From an uncultured Bacteroidales bacterium (GTDB lineage: Bacteria; Bacteroidota; Bacteroidia; Bacteroidales; WCHB1-69): a DNA stretch of 64,000 nucleotides. Numbering within the stretch: the first letter of the stretch is position 1; each line of letters begins with the position of its first letter. Of this stretch, positions 20,101 to 26,421 are shown piece by piece. Where the stretch lies: NCBI GenBank assembly GCA_947169105.1, contig CAMVOL010000004.1, positions 40,656-104,655 of the forward strand. Direction: 5' to 3'. Position numbers and translations under genes: made by a program. Below the pieces are notes generated by a model that did no database searches, had not been told where the DNA came from, and saw nothing but the letters and a program-made list of their open reading frames with translations.

Positions 20101-23039
20101 GGCGTTCCGCTATAGTGGAAGGATAGAGACTGTATGTTGTCACCGTAAGCCAGACCTTGTTCAGCCAGTTCGGCGGCAGTGTATATCTGTTGGGTGTAAG
20201 TGTATTTCAGACAATAATAGCAATAACAATTATTGCAATCGGGGGCACTATAATCTCCGCCTGAATATCCCATTGGCAGAATGTGACCGTCATTGGTGCC
20301 TATAGTCTGTCCTTCGCCCATCTGTGCGCAGTCGAAACTGCCCACAGGAATGGTCGTCTTCACCCACTCGCTGGTAGCTCCGCCGCCGCAGTCGGCCTGT
20401 ACGTAAAAGTCGTAATAGCCGGAGGACAGATGCGTGGCAATCAGGGAGCTCATGCCGCTAATCGTTCGGAATGTGCCGGTGCCCCGCTCAAACCCCGCCG
20501 GGCCGTACTCGGCATTCCAAAGAGTCTCCTGATACCCCGGCAGCCACTCCAAACGCACGCTGTGCCGGTTCAAGTCGGTGTGGGTTAGATGGGTGGGGAC
20601 AGGACAATCCGTGGCAAGACATAACCTTATGCTGGCTCGCATGTTCGACAGGTACCCTTCATGTTCTGAGGTTAAGGGATAGGCAGAGGTGGCGTACAGC
20701 GTGCTGTTGCTTTCTCCGCCATTGGAAGCGAAGTTGATGTAGGTGTCGCAATAATCTCCGTTGTCGGCAACGGCGACCACCACATTGCTGTGCCCGTCCC
20801 AGACAAACGTGTTGTCAAAATCAAATTTCTTCCATTCATTGTTTTGGAAAATCTTGAAAACCTCCTCTTTTTCAGTATAGACATTTACAAGATTCTCTGG
20901 AGCGAACCAGTCCGTATTGCTGGAGAAGGCGGCTTTTGTAGTGTGGCCCATATAGAGGGCGATATTCCGCCGTTTGGATGTGGAACTGGTGTAGTTAGTG
21001 CGGTATTGGAAAGAGAGTGCCGTGATTTCATCTCCGGCCTGTAGGCCGAATGAGGACAGTTCCGCTGCCGTAAATAGTTGCTGTGACCAATGGTAGTTAT
21101 CACTATAACCTATATTAAAAGCGACTTCAGAGGAATAGGTGCTGGAGGTTGCCTGCACGAAGGGCTCTTCGAAACAGGCCATCACTTTCTCCGTCTTGAA
21201 TATTATAGGTCCAAGCGTTTGGATGCCGCTGCCGGAGCAGCTGTAGGAGAGGTAGGCATCGTACTCGGTTTCGGCAGTCAGTCCGCCGATGGTGACAGAA
21301 GTGGTAGTGGCTGGCACTATAGTGCCGGTGCCGGGTGTGAAGCCGTGTGGGCCGTACTCTACCCGCCAGTTGAAATTGAAACCGGTGTACTCTTCGGGAT
21401 GGAACACTTCCCACGAGAGATCTGCTGTGGCAAAGGTCTTTCCGATGCAGGCAAATCCGAACACAGGAGGCATACAGCTTACCTCTGTCACACGCAGCAA
21501 CAGCTCGTTTGAAACTGTTCCCGCTCCACTGACTACTAACGTGAGCGTTCCTGAGGTGGACATGACAGGTTCCTGCTGATTGCTGTTCTCTATGGTCATC
21601 AGCAAGGTGCCGTCGGTGCCTACTCCGTCATATACATAAATACGCCACCGGTCGGAATAATTGTTGGTGTATGCGACTTTTTCTAAAAGCAGTTGGGCAT
21701 CGGCAGTCTGTGGATACAGCACAAGCGTGTCGCCATTGTATTCGCCCCAGTTGCTTCCGTAGGTGTAATTTCCGTTGTAGCCAAGCTGGTGTGAAATGTC
21801 GAGACTGCCATGAACAGTCATCGAAGAGCGGCCTTCCGAATTAAATATATATTTTTGTATTCCAGATGTGTTCGGATGGCAGAATACGGCAATGTTGTTG
21901 CTGGGATAAAGGGAGGTGTCGGCACCCGCAGGAATCACATTTCCCACGGCATAGTAGCCGTTATACCAACCGCTCCATCCCCAGTTGAAATGGAAGTAGT
22001 CGTTGGCATCGTAACCATCGCACACAAAAGCATGGCCTCCTCCTTGCAAATCAAACGGTGTTCCATCGTAAAGAATGGGGTTATGAGCATCCAATTCATT
22101 CTTTAGCATGGCTTTCCATTCATCATCATTGTAATAGATGAGGTTGTTGTAGCTTCCAATAATGGTACCGAAACTCTTATAGTCTCTTAGGGCCATTTTG
22201 GCTTCGTATCCGAAATAGTCGATTAGGGCCGCACGGGCGTCAGTGGTGAATGCACTGCTTGCGTCCGGGCCGTAGCCCATATTTACGGCTACGCCGCAAT
22301 CGCGCATCAGGGTGGCCACGGCATTCACTTGTGCAGAGGTGCTGTTTGAGTTAAGTTCGTTCGGCATCAGGTCATAGTGGTATGTGTGGCTGCTGAAATT
22401 GACAGCCAGCGTGCCATAATCTTCGTGATAGTAAAGGTGCGAACCGAAGCCTTGTGCTGGCCACTGGTGATAGTTGATAATCTGTGCCATCGCTGTGGCC
22501 TCGCAGCCGGTGATGGCTTGGTCGTTGCCAGTACCAGGGCACAACGAATTGTACCACGGGCTTTGGTCCCATGTGGTGGTGAGCAGCGGAGCCACGGTGC
22601 GGGTGTTGCCGCTGCGGGTGGGTTCACGCCCCTCTACCAGTTTCGTCCATTCCGTGCTCACTTCGGCTGGGGAGGAAAGGTTGTGCTCTTTCACAAGGGC
22701 AATCTGGTCGGCATAGTTCTGCAACCATGCGGCGCAGTTGGAAGGGATGTTCTGCGGGTCGAAACTTCCGGTAGTGGAATAGCCCAGCACGGGCTTCACC
22801 GCATCGTCGGCGGAAACGATGACGAAGCCGCCGCCCACGTTATAGACATAGAACAGCGCGTCGCTGCGGCCGTTGCTCTTGGTGTAGGCCAGCGTGCATT
22901 CGGTGCTGCGGGTCACCGCCGGTATCTGCCTCATCATAAAGTGGCGGGCGACGGTTTGGGCCTGCTGCGGCTCCACAGGGTTGGCCATCATGGCAATGGC
23001 GCAAATCATCATGGCGAAAAAGGTCGTGATTCTCTTCAT
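14115..23039 (-). CDS. giant multidomain T9SS cargo protein with an N-terminal C10-family cysteine peptidase
   Basis: 2,974 aa with signal peptide and an Spi-like propeptide. C10 motifs NSLCPGTGNDQAITGCEATAMAQIINYHQWP and GGGHAFVCDGYD. FN3-like modules. Two parallel beta-helix blocks, each ending ...DIGAYE. Tandem Cys modules ending GCDSxVTLHLT. CTD LNLYPNPTNSTVTLQL...GIYLIKLVNDGKVMAVRKVVKE. Confidence 0.9.
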   Translation of the reverse strand: MKRITTFFAMMICAIAMMANPVEPQQAQTVARHFMMRQIPAVTRSTECTLAYTKSNGRSDALFYVYNVGGGFVIVSADDAVKPVLGYSTTGSFDPQNIPSNCAAWLQNYADQIALVKEHNLSSPAEVSTEWTKLVEGREPTRSGNTRTVAPLLTTTWDQSPWYNSLCPGTGNDQAITGCEATAMAQIINYHQWPAQGFGSHLYYHEDYGTLAVNFSSHTYHYDLMPNELNSNSTSAQVNAVATLMRDCGVAVNMGYGPDASSAFTTDARAALIDYFGYEAKMALRDYKSFGTIIGSYNNLIYYNDDEWKAMLKNELDAHNPILYDGTPFDLQGGGHAFVCDGYDANDYFHFNWGWSGWYNGYYAVGNVIPAGADTSLYPSNNIAVFCHPNTSGIQKYIFNSEGRSSMTVHGSLDISHQLGYNGNYTYGSNWGEYNGDTLVLYPQTADAQLLLEKVAYTNNYSDRWRIYVYDGVGTDGTLLMTIENSNQQEPVMSTSGTLTLVVSGAGTVSNELLLRVTEVSCMPPVFGFACIGKTFATADLSWEVFHPEEYTGFNFNWRVEYGPHGFTPGTGTIVPATTTSVTIGGLTAETEYDAYLSYSCSGSGIQTLGPIIFKTEKVMACFEEPFVQATSSTYSSEVAFNIGYSDNYHWSQQLFTAAELSSFGLQAGDEITALSFQYRTNYTSSTSKRRNIALYMGHTTKAAFSSNTDWFAPENLVNVYTEKEEVFKIFQNNEWKKFDFDNTFVWDGHSNVVVAVADNGDYCDTYINFASNGGESNSTLYATSAYPLTSEHEGYLSNMRASIRLCLATDCPVPTHLTHTDLNRHSVRLEWLPGYQETLWNAEYGPAGFERGTGTFRTISGMSSLIATHLSSGYYDFYVQADCGGGATSEWVKTTIPVGSFDCAQMGEGQTIGTNDGHILPMGYSGGDYSAPDCNNCYCYYCLKYTYTQQIYTAAELAEQGLAYGDNIQSLSFHYSGTPQTKSPVSVWMGNTLQNNLTSTTWIPAFRMQEVFSGEVTLDEEWVTIVFSNPFLWDGTSNIVVAFLNNSGNDNDSFSSTTYKTDWTARAIYGRSNSFIDIENPSDIRNITTTSYRNNLRFCKSTNCAMRRDMEVTINEGGTYDFYGTPVSEQGIYQHRWYVNDECDSLVVLHLIVRKVIFVTSTGEGLHDGTSWENAMELQEAMDIANTFTDVTPYLYVKAETYTGNTSADNSYEIKPNVRAYGGFVGNEPADYDLSNRTQANMNNTILYGSGSRRVLYQSADFTEATATLFDGFCIRGGSVNTVGSGGGAYIRKYCTLQNCVITNNISSISGSESNVTRNGVAVYNDGGTLSNCTIHTNRIDLSGTGSGHKVYGVGVYNKNGIIEGCDIRNNLSKYESNGDNWNTYGGGIYDYQNSTIRNTSVTRNSAATGGGIYHNNYSSSVSQVTNCVISNNTARTNGGGVCTGYNGMVTYMQCLIGNNEAGSNGGGVSNSNGNIRFIACDIVRNSAVSKGGGFYTSSACTLQNSIVWGNKVGANDNQLATNGSNYFTMENSAVQGGYSGAITLEKNNSGTGVGYPLFTSPTTEAGVDVNNVIGDWTLQAGSICANLGRNIFVEDIATDLGGNTRIQQERADIGAYESEHDMAFPLHPEANNNIIYVTTTGAGSQDGSSWGNATANLQYAMDVAMGCEPPAMVWVANGTYTPGHSLITQPKVAVYGSFEGNEPYPYDLTQRDFSAHATVVDGDSAYRVLDKSCPFDEGNGSIFDGLTFRNGFVTSTSDYAGAYLLANTDLSNCTFSGNHQYGVWAKDCRIDHCMFDGNKGYGLRCEGGTNVSNSTAQNNNNYGIYFNSTGTLSNSTMRQNRSSGLYITTGTVKECVIENNGSSNYGVYSDNASVQIFNTSITNNNGGGLYTNGGLYVNVNIANNTTTNNSYYSAAGISARNHSRFVNCNIVNNKSTSSNSNYCRGGIYNYSTDNEYTNCIIWGNKAMEEAGNIYGDGTFTYCAVEGGLDATGNITLESANNGGTVGVNYVRFVNPTAEAGISTQEDVDYHLASGSACINAGNSSNTSLNLPTYDLGGSLRIKQNRIDIGAYEFGDVTIQTIDSSICLGSSFSYNNGEYFVYPEAPGLFKDTIIYYEGGTDYIVYLNLQVNPKYNIRIDTAICQGESYFFDGQYYTTPVTRTAHLETVAGCDSTVTLILSINPIVYGEFHAEACDSFRWYDSTYYETGDYEQVLQAATGCDSIVTLHLTVHHSVTTVDSMMLCRSALPYYYQGMIIDEDAPEHDTIPIQLSTVHDCDSTVFMRFTIMDVITTEFSIDTCDLYVWNGVPYTTSGNKEQTFTASTGCDSIVTLHLTIRQSNIFQFDDEACYLYRWNESTYEESGDYQQVFTNAAGCDSTVTLHLTIYQAVFSDIFATTCQNELPYHYINGQIDTIFGTETPHFSTFDFHFSTSHGCDSTVTLHLTVNPSYSIPLEAIICQNELPYHYINGQIDTIFGTETPELSVHNFHLSTMDECDSLITLTLTVIPVSAPQLVVDGQVTACESGSATLSVEGSYATYTWSTGATTPTLEVSAPGFYWVSLTDTNGCSSITEVTQLGGSELIPEIPAICMVGVENGHNLVVWEEIENTNVQNYRIYRENDQANVYELLATVPASQGNSYEDITADPTVRAWRYKVTAMDVCQGETPMSELHKTVHLTINRGIGNSWNLIWTHYEGFEFSSYKLYRGTANNNLEEITTIPSTLTSYTDYDNVDGALFYQIEVVMSSSCLRRSETYTGARSNIVYNGEAVYIDTNVTACVEYEWYGTNYHQSGTYLHDYTSPLGYDVHASLHLTIVQPPAITITGNTSITAGQSTTLTATFNSQCSYLWSTGATTNSITVSPTETTTYYVTVTYGPCELSTGKTVTVTTGVAEWGDGILNLYPNPTNSTVTLQLTPETCTLNPEIQIFDIYGQRLQIMPIRDERTQIDLSHYATGIYLIKLVNDGKVMAVRKVVKE
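15500..16900 (-). repeat. in-frame tandem array of ~180-195-nt (~60-aa) Cys modules inside the giant gene (bounds approximate)
   Basis: 15601-15668 and 15781-15848 are 67/68 identical at an exact 180-nt offset. The motif ggagcgtgacngtgctgtcgca recurs at about 15717, 15897 and 16040. Confidence 0.85.
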
Positions 23040-23128
23040 ATTGATTTTTGTATTTGATTGATATTCAGTTTTCTATTCTGTCTCAAACGGTTTGTTGTTA
23101 CTAACAAAGTATTGTTAATTTAAGTCGG

Positions 23129-23136
23129 CAAAGATA
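23129..23136 (-). promoter_or_regulatory. -7 box (TAtcTTTG) for the giant gene / esterase operon
   Basis: The + strand caaagata reads TATCTTTG on the - strand, about 90 nt upstream of ATG 23039. Confidence 0.55.
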
Positions 23137-23195
23137 CAATATTAATTTGAAAGTTGAAAACTGAAAATGGAAAAATAGCCAGTGTAAAATGAAAT

Positions 23196-23287
23196 GTGTG
23201 AGGTACGAAAGTATAAAGTAAAAGGTATGAAGTAGGGGTGCCTATCGCACACCCTCTCTTCATACCTTTTATTTGTTACTTATAATC
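23196..23287 (+). repeat. long imperfect hairpin element, copy A (purine-rich arm, core tgcctatcgcacaccc, pyrimidine-rich arm)
   Basis: aaaggtatgaag (23221-23232) pairs perfectly with cttcataccttt (23258-23269). The core is homologous to the copies at 37905-38005 and 48534-48638. Confidence 0.7.
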
Positions 23288-23293
23288 TGGGCT

Positions 23294-23318
23294 TTCAAAC
23301 TGCGAGATGCAGTTTGCC
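23294..23318. repeat. 25-bp hairpin repeat, left copy of an inverted pair bracketing trxB
   Basis: ttcaaactgcgagatgcagtttgcc is the exact reverse complement of 24403-24427. It has an internal 8-bp stem, caaactgc/gcagtttg. Confidence 0.9.
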
Positions 23319-23364
23319 ACTATTCTCTATTACTAATCACCTGTGACCTGTCACCTGATACCTT

Positions 23365-24300
23365 CTACTGTATCAGAAACCGTTCGGCTTCGATGGCGGC
23401 CTTGCAGCCTGAGGCGGCGGCGGTGATGGCCTGGCGGAACTGCGGGTCCTGCACGTCGCCGGCGGCAAACACGCCGTCCACACTGGTGGCGGTGCTGTCG
23501 GGCTTGGTGACGATATAGCCCTGCGGGTCCAGCTCGATCTGCCCCGCAAACAGCTCGGTGACGGGCGTATGGCCGATGGCCACGAACACGCCGTCCACGG
23601 GGAGCGTGCGGTTTTCACCGCTGTTCTTGTCGGTGACCGCCAGTCCTGTGACGGCTTTCATGAAGCCCCGTTTCTCGCCGACGATTTCGGTGGGGATGCT
23701 GTTCCATACCACTTCGATATTGGGGGTGTCGAACACGCGCTGCTGCATCGCCTTGGAGGCGCGGAACTCGTCGCGGCGGTGCACCAGATAAACCTTGTTG
23801 CACAGTTTGGCGAGGTAGGTGGCCTCTTCGAGGGCGGTGTCGCCGCCGCCGACCACGGCCACATCGCGGCCGCGGAAGAAGTTGCCGTCGCAGGTGGCGC
23901 AGGCCGAAACGCCGAAGCCGCGGTAGGTGCGCTCACTCTCCAGACCGAGCCAGCGTGCTGTGGCGCCCGTCGCAATGATGACCGTGTCGGCCATGTACTC
24001 GTCGGTGTCATCGACCACGCAGCGGAAGGGGCGTTTGGAAAAATCGACCTCCGTCACCATGCCGGAGCGCATGTCGGTGCCGCAGCGCAGCGACTGCTCA
24101 CGGATGTCGTCCATGATGGCCGGCCCGGACATCCCTTTCGGGTATCCCGGAAAGTTCTCCACTTCCGTGGTGATGGTGAGCTGGCCGCCCGGCTGCGGGC
24201 CTTCAATCAGTATGGGTTTCATGTCGGCGCGTGAGGCGTAGATGCCCGCGGTATAGCCCGCCGGTCCGCCGCCGATGATCAAGCATTTTGTTGTTTCCAT
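23365..24300 (-). CDS. trxB: thioredoxin-disulfide reductase
   Basis: 311 aa. GGGPAGYTAGIYASRA FAD motif, redox-active CATC in SACATCDGNFFRG, NADPH motif VVGGGDTALEEA. Confidence 0.95.
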   Translation of the reverse strand: METTKCLIIGGGPAGYTAGIYASRADMKPILIEGPQPGGQLTITTEVENFPGYPKGMSGPAIMDDIREQSLRCGTDMRSGMVTEVDFSKRPFRCVVDDTDEYMADTVIIATGATARWLGLESERTYRGFGVSACATCDGNFFRGRDVAVVGGGDTALEEATYLAKLCNKVYLVHRRDEFRASKAMQQRVFDTPNIEVVWNSIPTEIVGEKRGFMKAVTGLAVTDKNSGENRTLPVDGVFVAIGHTPVTELFAGQIELDPQGYIVTKPDSTATSVDGVFAAGDVQDPQFRQAITAAASGCKAAIEAERFLIQ

Positions 24301-24402
24301 TTATGTTTAGTTAAAAGTTAATAGTTAAAAGTTAAAAGTTGAAGGGAAGTGGTGGTTTTGGGTTAAGGAGTTAAGAAGTTAAGGAGTTAAGATGTGAATT
24401 GG

Positions 24403-24427
24403 GGCAAACTGCATCTCGCAGTTTGAA
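24403..24427. repeat. 25-bp hairpin repeat, right copy of the inverted pair bracketing trxB
   Basis: ggcaaactgcatctcgcagtttgaa matches the reverse complement of 23294-23318 at 25/25 positions. Confidence 0.9.
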
Positions 24428-24518
24428 TGTCCCGATAATAGGTGATATGTGGCAGGTGATAGGTAGAAGGTTATTTTGTTCAAAAAGGCAGTCTATAATT
24501 TTGGTTGATATTGAGCTG

Positions 24519-24526
24519 CAAAGGTA
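24519..24526 (-). promoter_or_regulatory. -7 box (TAccTTTG), candidate trxB promoter, outside the inverted-repeat bracket
   Basis: The + strand caaaggta reads TACCTTTG on the - strand, about 219 nt upstream of ATG 24300. Confidence 0.4.
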
Positions 24527-24707
24527 AGATTTTTATTTCAAATACCTCTTTTGCTATCGTATAATTTTGCAAATTTCCGTAAAATGTTGAAACATAGACG
24601 TATGGGATTTTCGGTCCTAATTAACAACGAAATCTGACAAGCCCAAGCGATACCGAGGGTTGTCTCTGGAACAAAATCCTATCAGTGGGGAAGGAAAGAT
24701 GGATGTT

Positions 24708-25145
24708 TTATCGGACAATATCCCAGAAAAATAGGGATTCTTCTTCACCGCTTAACAGACCCGTATCAACGATTGTGCGCCTTACGGTGGCAAGGTCGTT
24801 TTCGTTCAGTCGTCCAATGACTTTGCACGTTCCGTTGGCGATACCGCTGGCAATGGCCGACATCTCCATAATGAGGGTGTGTGAGCAGTTGGCGAAAGAG
24901 TCGTGCGCCAAGAAAGTGTTGTCGCTCTTTTTCAATGGTACCTGTGCATTCAGCAGGATGGGCTTGTTGTACAGCGAAGGGTGTATTCTGGAATTGATGA
25001 AGATGCTGCATACCGTGAGCCGGTTGCGTGTGATGCCGGTCACAATGAAGAATTTCGGATGGTAAATGCCCTCAAAGTTCTGCAAGAAGACATCGCCTGT
25101 ATGGATGGCTGCCGTAATAATCTCCTGTGGAAAATCAACACTCAT
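24708..25145 (-). CDS. hypothetical 145-aa protein, candidate toxin partner of the Panacea-domain protein
   Basis: ATG start, 6 nt downstream of the preceding ORF, in the AT-rich islet. No family recognised. The layout (GDVFLQNF..HPKFFIVTG .. NAQVPLKKS .. HDSFANCSHTLIM .. VIGRLNENDL) is loosely reminiscent of MazF/PemK-type SH3-barrel toxins. Confidence 0.6.
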   Translation of the reverse strand: MSVDFPQEIITAAIHTGDVFLQNFEGIYHPKFFIVTGITRNRLTVCSIFINSRIHPSLYNKPILLNAQVPLKKSDNTFLAHDSFANCSHTLIMEMSAIASGIANGTCKVIGRLNENDLATVRRTIVDTGLLSGEEESLFFWDIVR

Positions 25146-25151
25146 TCCGGT

Positions 25152-25691
25152 TCATTTAACGAGCGTTTCCAGCTCCATCTCCTCCTGCACGTACTGTATG
25201 TAACTGTCGGATTCACCTGTTTCCACAAGCATGTTTTTCACATCAATGGGACGGTTGAGCGTGGTGTTGCGCCAAGCGTAGTCATGCGATTTTTCACGTA
25301 TTTCATCCCACGAAAGTTCGCCATATTTTTGGAGGGTTTCGTCAATGATCTGAATATCCATTTTCGACAGGCAACGCATATCAGGCTCCTTCTTGGCAGT
25401 AACCAGATCCCAGTTTTCCACTCCAATCCATGCGGTGAGCTCTGACTGGTTGTTGAAGAATCCGTCCCCACGCACCGATTTGAATATGTCATAGATGTTG
25501 GAGGGCACGGGACCGTCGTTCATTGCGATATAGGTGTCGCCCGTAATCATCATTCCAGCTTGTGAAAGCATATCACGGTCAGAGAAATACAAGATTTTGA
25601 AAACCTTGTGGAAGTCAGCTCTTTTCAGGTGCTTCACAATGTAAAGCACCGCATTCATTGCTTTGTTAAAATTAAAAACTCCTTTCGTCAT
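25152..25691 (-). CDS. Panacea (DUF4065 / SocA-GepA-like) domain protein, antitoxin candidate
   Basis: The track ORF extends to 25769. ATG 25691 (MTKGVFNF...) or ATG 25658 (MNAVLYIVKHL...) fits better given the -7 box at 25700. FHKVFKILYFSDRDMLSQAGMMITGDTYIAMNDGPVPSNIYD resembles DUF4065. Confidence 0.7.
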   Translation of the reverse strand: MTKGVFNFNKAMNAVLYIVKHLKRADFHKVFKILYFSDRDMLSQAGMMITGDTYIAMNDGPVPSNIYDIFKSVRGDGFFNNQSELTAWIGVENWDLVTAKKEPDMRCLSKMDIQIIDETLQKYGELSWDEIREKSHDYAWRNTTLNRPIDVKNMLVETGESDSYIQYVQEEMELETLVK

Positions 25692-25699
25692 TGCGGCGG

Positions 25700-25707
25700 C
25701 AAAAGTA
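25700..25707 (-). promoter_or_regulatory. -7 box (TActTTTG) for the Panacea / 145-aa pair
   Basis: The + strand caaaagta reads TACTTTTG on the - strand. It lies 9 nt from ATG 25691 and about 42 nt from ATG 25658. Confidence 0.55.
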
Positions 25708-25859
25708 CAACAAATTTCCAATATTGCGGAATTTATGCTGAAATAATGCTGAATTTTTGTGGAAATCAAAATGTAATAATTTCAAAATCAGGTCGTTGTT
25801 GTACACATAGCAATCGTTATTTGCAATGCCAAAAAAATGAATATCACAAGCATTCGTAA

Positions 25860-25892
25860 GTGAGCCAGCCGTAAAATCCCGGTCCGATCAAC
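25860..25892 (+). repeat. cassette-junction repeat R1
   Basis: GTGAGCCAGCCGTAAAATCCCGGTCCGATCAAC aligns with R2-R5 (GTGA..C...C/GT[GA]AAA....G....AT.AAC). Confidence 0.7.
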
Positions 25893-25954
25893 CACATGAG
25901 GTGGCGTACGCGGATGTGGTGACATTGGCTATCGTGGATGGGAACGGTAAAATT

Positions 25955-25982
25955 GTAGAGACGCGATTAATCGCGTCTCTAC
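25955..25982. repeat. 28-bp perfect palindrome
   Basis: gtagagacgcgattaatcgcgtctctac equals its own reverse complement. Confidence 0.9.
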
Positions 25983-26084
25983 AGCAGGTCACATACAATT
26001 CTGGGGGGTCCTTGTCCGCCGCCAGCACCAACGTGATGATAGCCTGCCAGAAGGGGGAAACGCCATCCATCAAAATATTATTTG

Positions 26085-26092
26085 TATATTTG
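26085..26092 (+). promoter_or_regulatory. -7 box (TAtaTTTG) heading the + strand cassette array
   Basis: TATATTTG lies about 22 nt upstream of ATG 26114. Confidence 0.55.
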
Positions 26093-26113
26093 CACCGGCA
26101 AAATCAAACAACA

Positions 26114-26182
26114 ATGTTGGGTGCAATAATAACTTTGGTTCTCTTATGGGCTGCCTATAAATGGTTGAAAGAGAATATTTGA
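26114..26182 (+). CDS. 22-aa hydrophobic mini-protein (MLGAII family, copy 1)
   Basis: ATG..TGA reads MLGAIITLVLLWAAYKWLKENI*. It lies directly after the -7 box and has a paralog at 26268. It is below the ORF-track size cut-off. Confidence 0.4.
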   Translation: MLGAIITLVLLWAAYKWLKENI

Positions 26183-26214
26183 GTGAACCATCTATGAAAT
26201 TCCAGTTATAACAA
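26183..26214 (+). repeat. cassette-junction repeat R2
   Basis: GTGAACCATCTATGAAATTCCAGTTATAACAA starts right after the TGA of mini-protein 1. Confidence 0.6.
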
Positions 26215-26267
26215 GTTCTATAGTTTTTTGCCATTGTTTAATATTGTAGCCGCATAAATCAGGTGCC

Positions 26268-26366
26268 ATGTTAGGAGCAATTATATCCATATTATTTGTT
26301 ATATGGTTTGTCTGGAAAGGAATCAAAGATCCTACACCGCCCACGTGGAGACGGAATCTTCATTGA
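26268..26366 (+). CDS. 32-aa hydrophobic mini-protein (MLGAII family, copy 2)
   Basis: Reads MLGAIISILFVIWFVWKGIKDPTPPTWRRNLH*. It shares the MLGAII start and a single predicted TM helix with copy 1. Confidence 0.4.
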   Translation: MLGAIISILFVIWFVWKGIKDPTPPTWRRNLH

Positions 26367-26374
26367 GGCCTATA

Positions 26375-26408
26375 GTGAACCAGCCGTGAAAATTTGGTCT
26401 GAATAAAC
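26375..26408 (+). repeat. cassette-junction repeat R3
   Basis: GTGAACCAGCCGTGAAAATTTGGTCTGAATAAAC ends 13 nt before ATG 26422. Confidence 0.7.
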
Positions 26409-26421
26409 TAGAAAAGGATTT

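Noticed and set aside
23294-24427. trxB flanked by inverted repeats as a composite transposon or classical invertible promoter switch
   Set aside because: There is no transposase or invertase and no target-site duplication is visible. The segment contains a whole housekeeping gene rather than a promoter. It is kept as a finding only in the weaker form of UTR pairing or possible inversion.
24685-25065. 126-aa + strand ORF and the orphan + strand TAatTTTG box at 24562-24569, with a possible 17-codon ORF at 24584-24637
   Set aside because: The 126-aa ORF is antisense to the better-supported 145-aa gene. The box points at the 3' end of that gene and could drive an antisense RNA, but a single 8-mer match in AT-rich DNA is weak evidence, so it is not reported as a feature.
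25901-26182. 93-aa + strand ORF upstream of the cassette array
   Set aside because: Its 5' two-thirds run across the 28-bp palindrome and the -7 box at 26085. Only the last 22 codons (ATG 26114) lie downstream of the promoter and have a paralog, so I call only the mini-protein.
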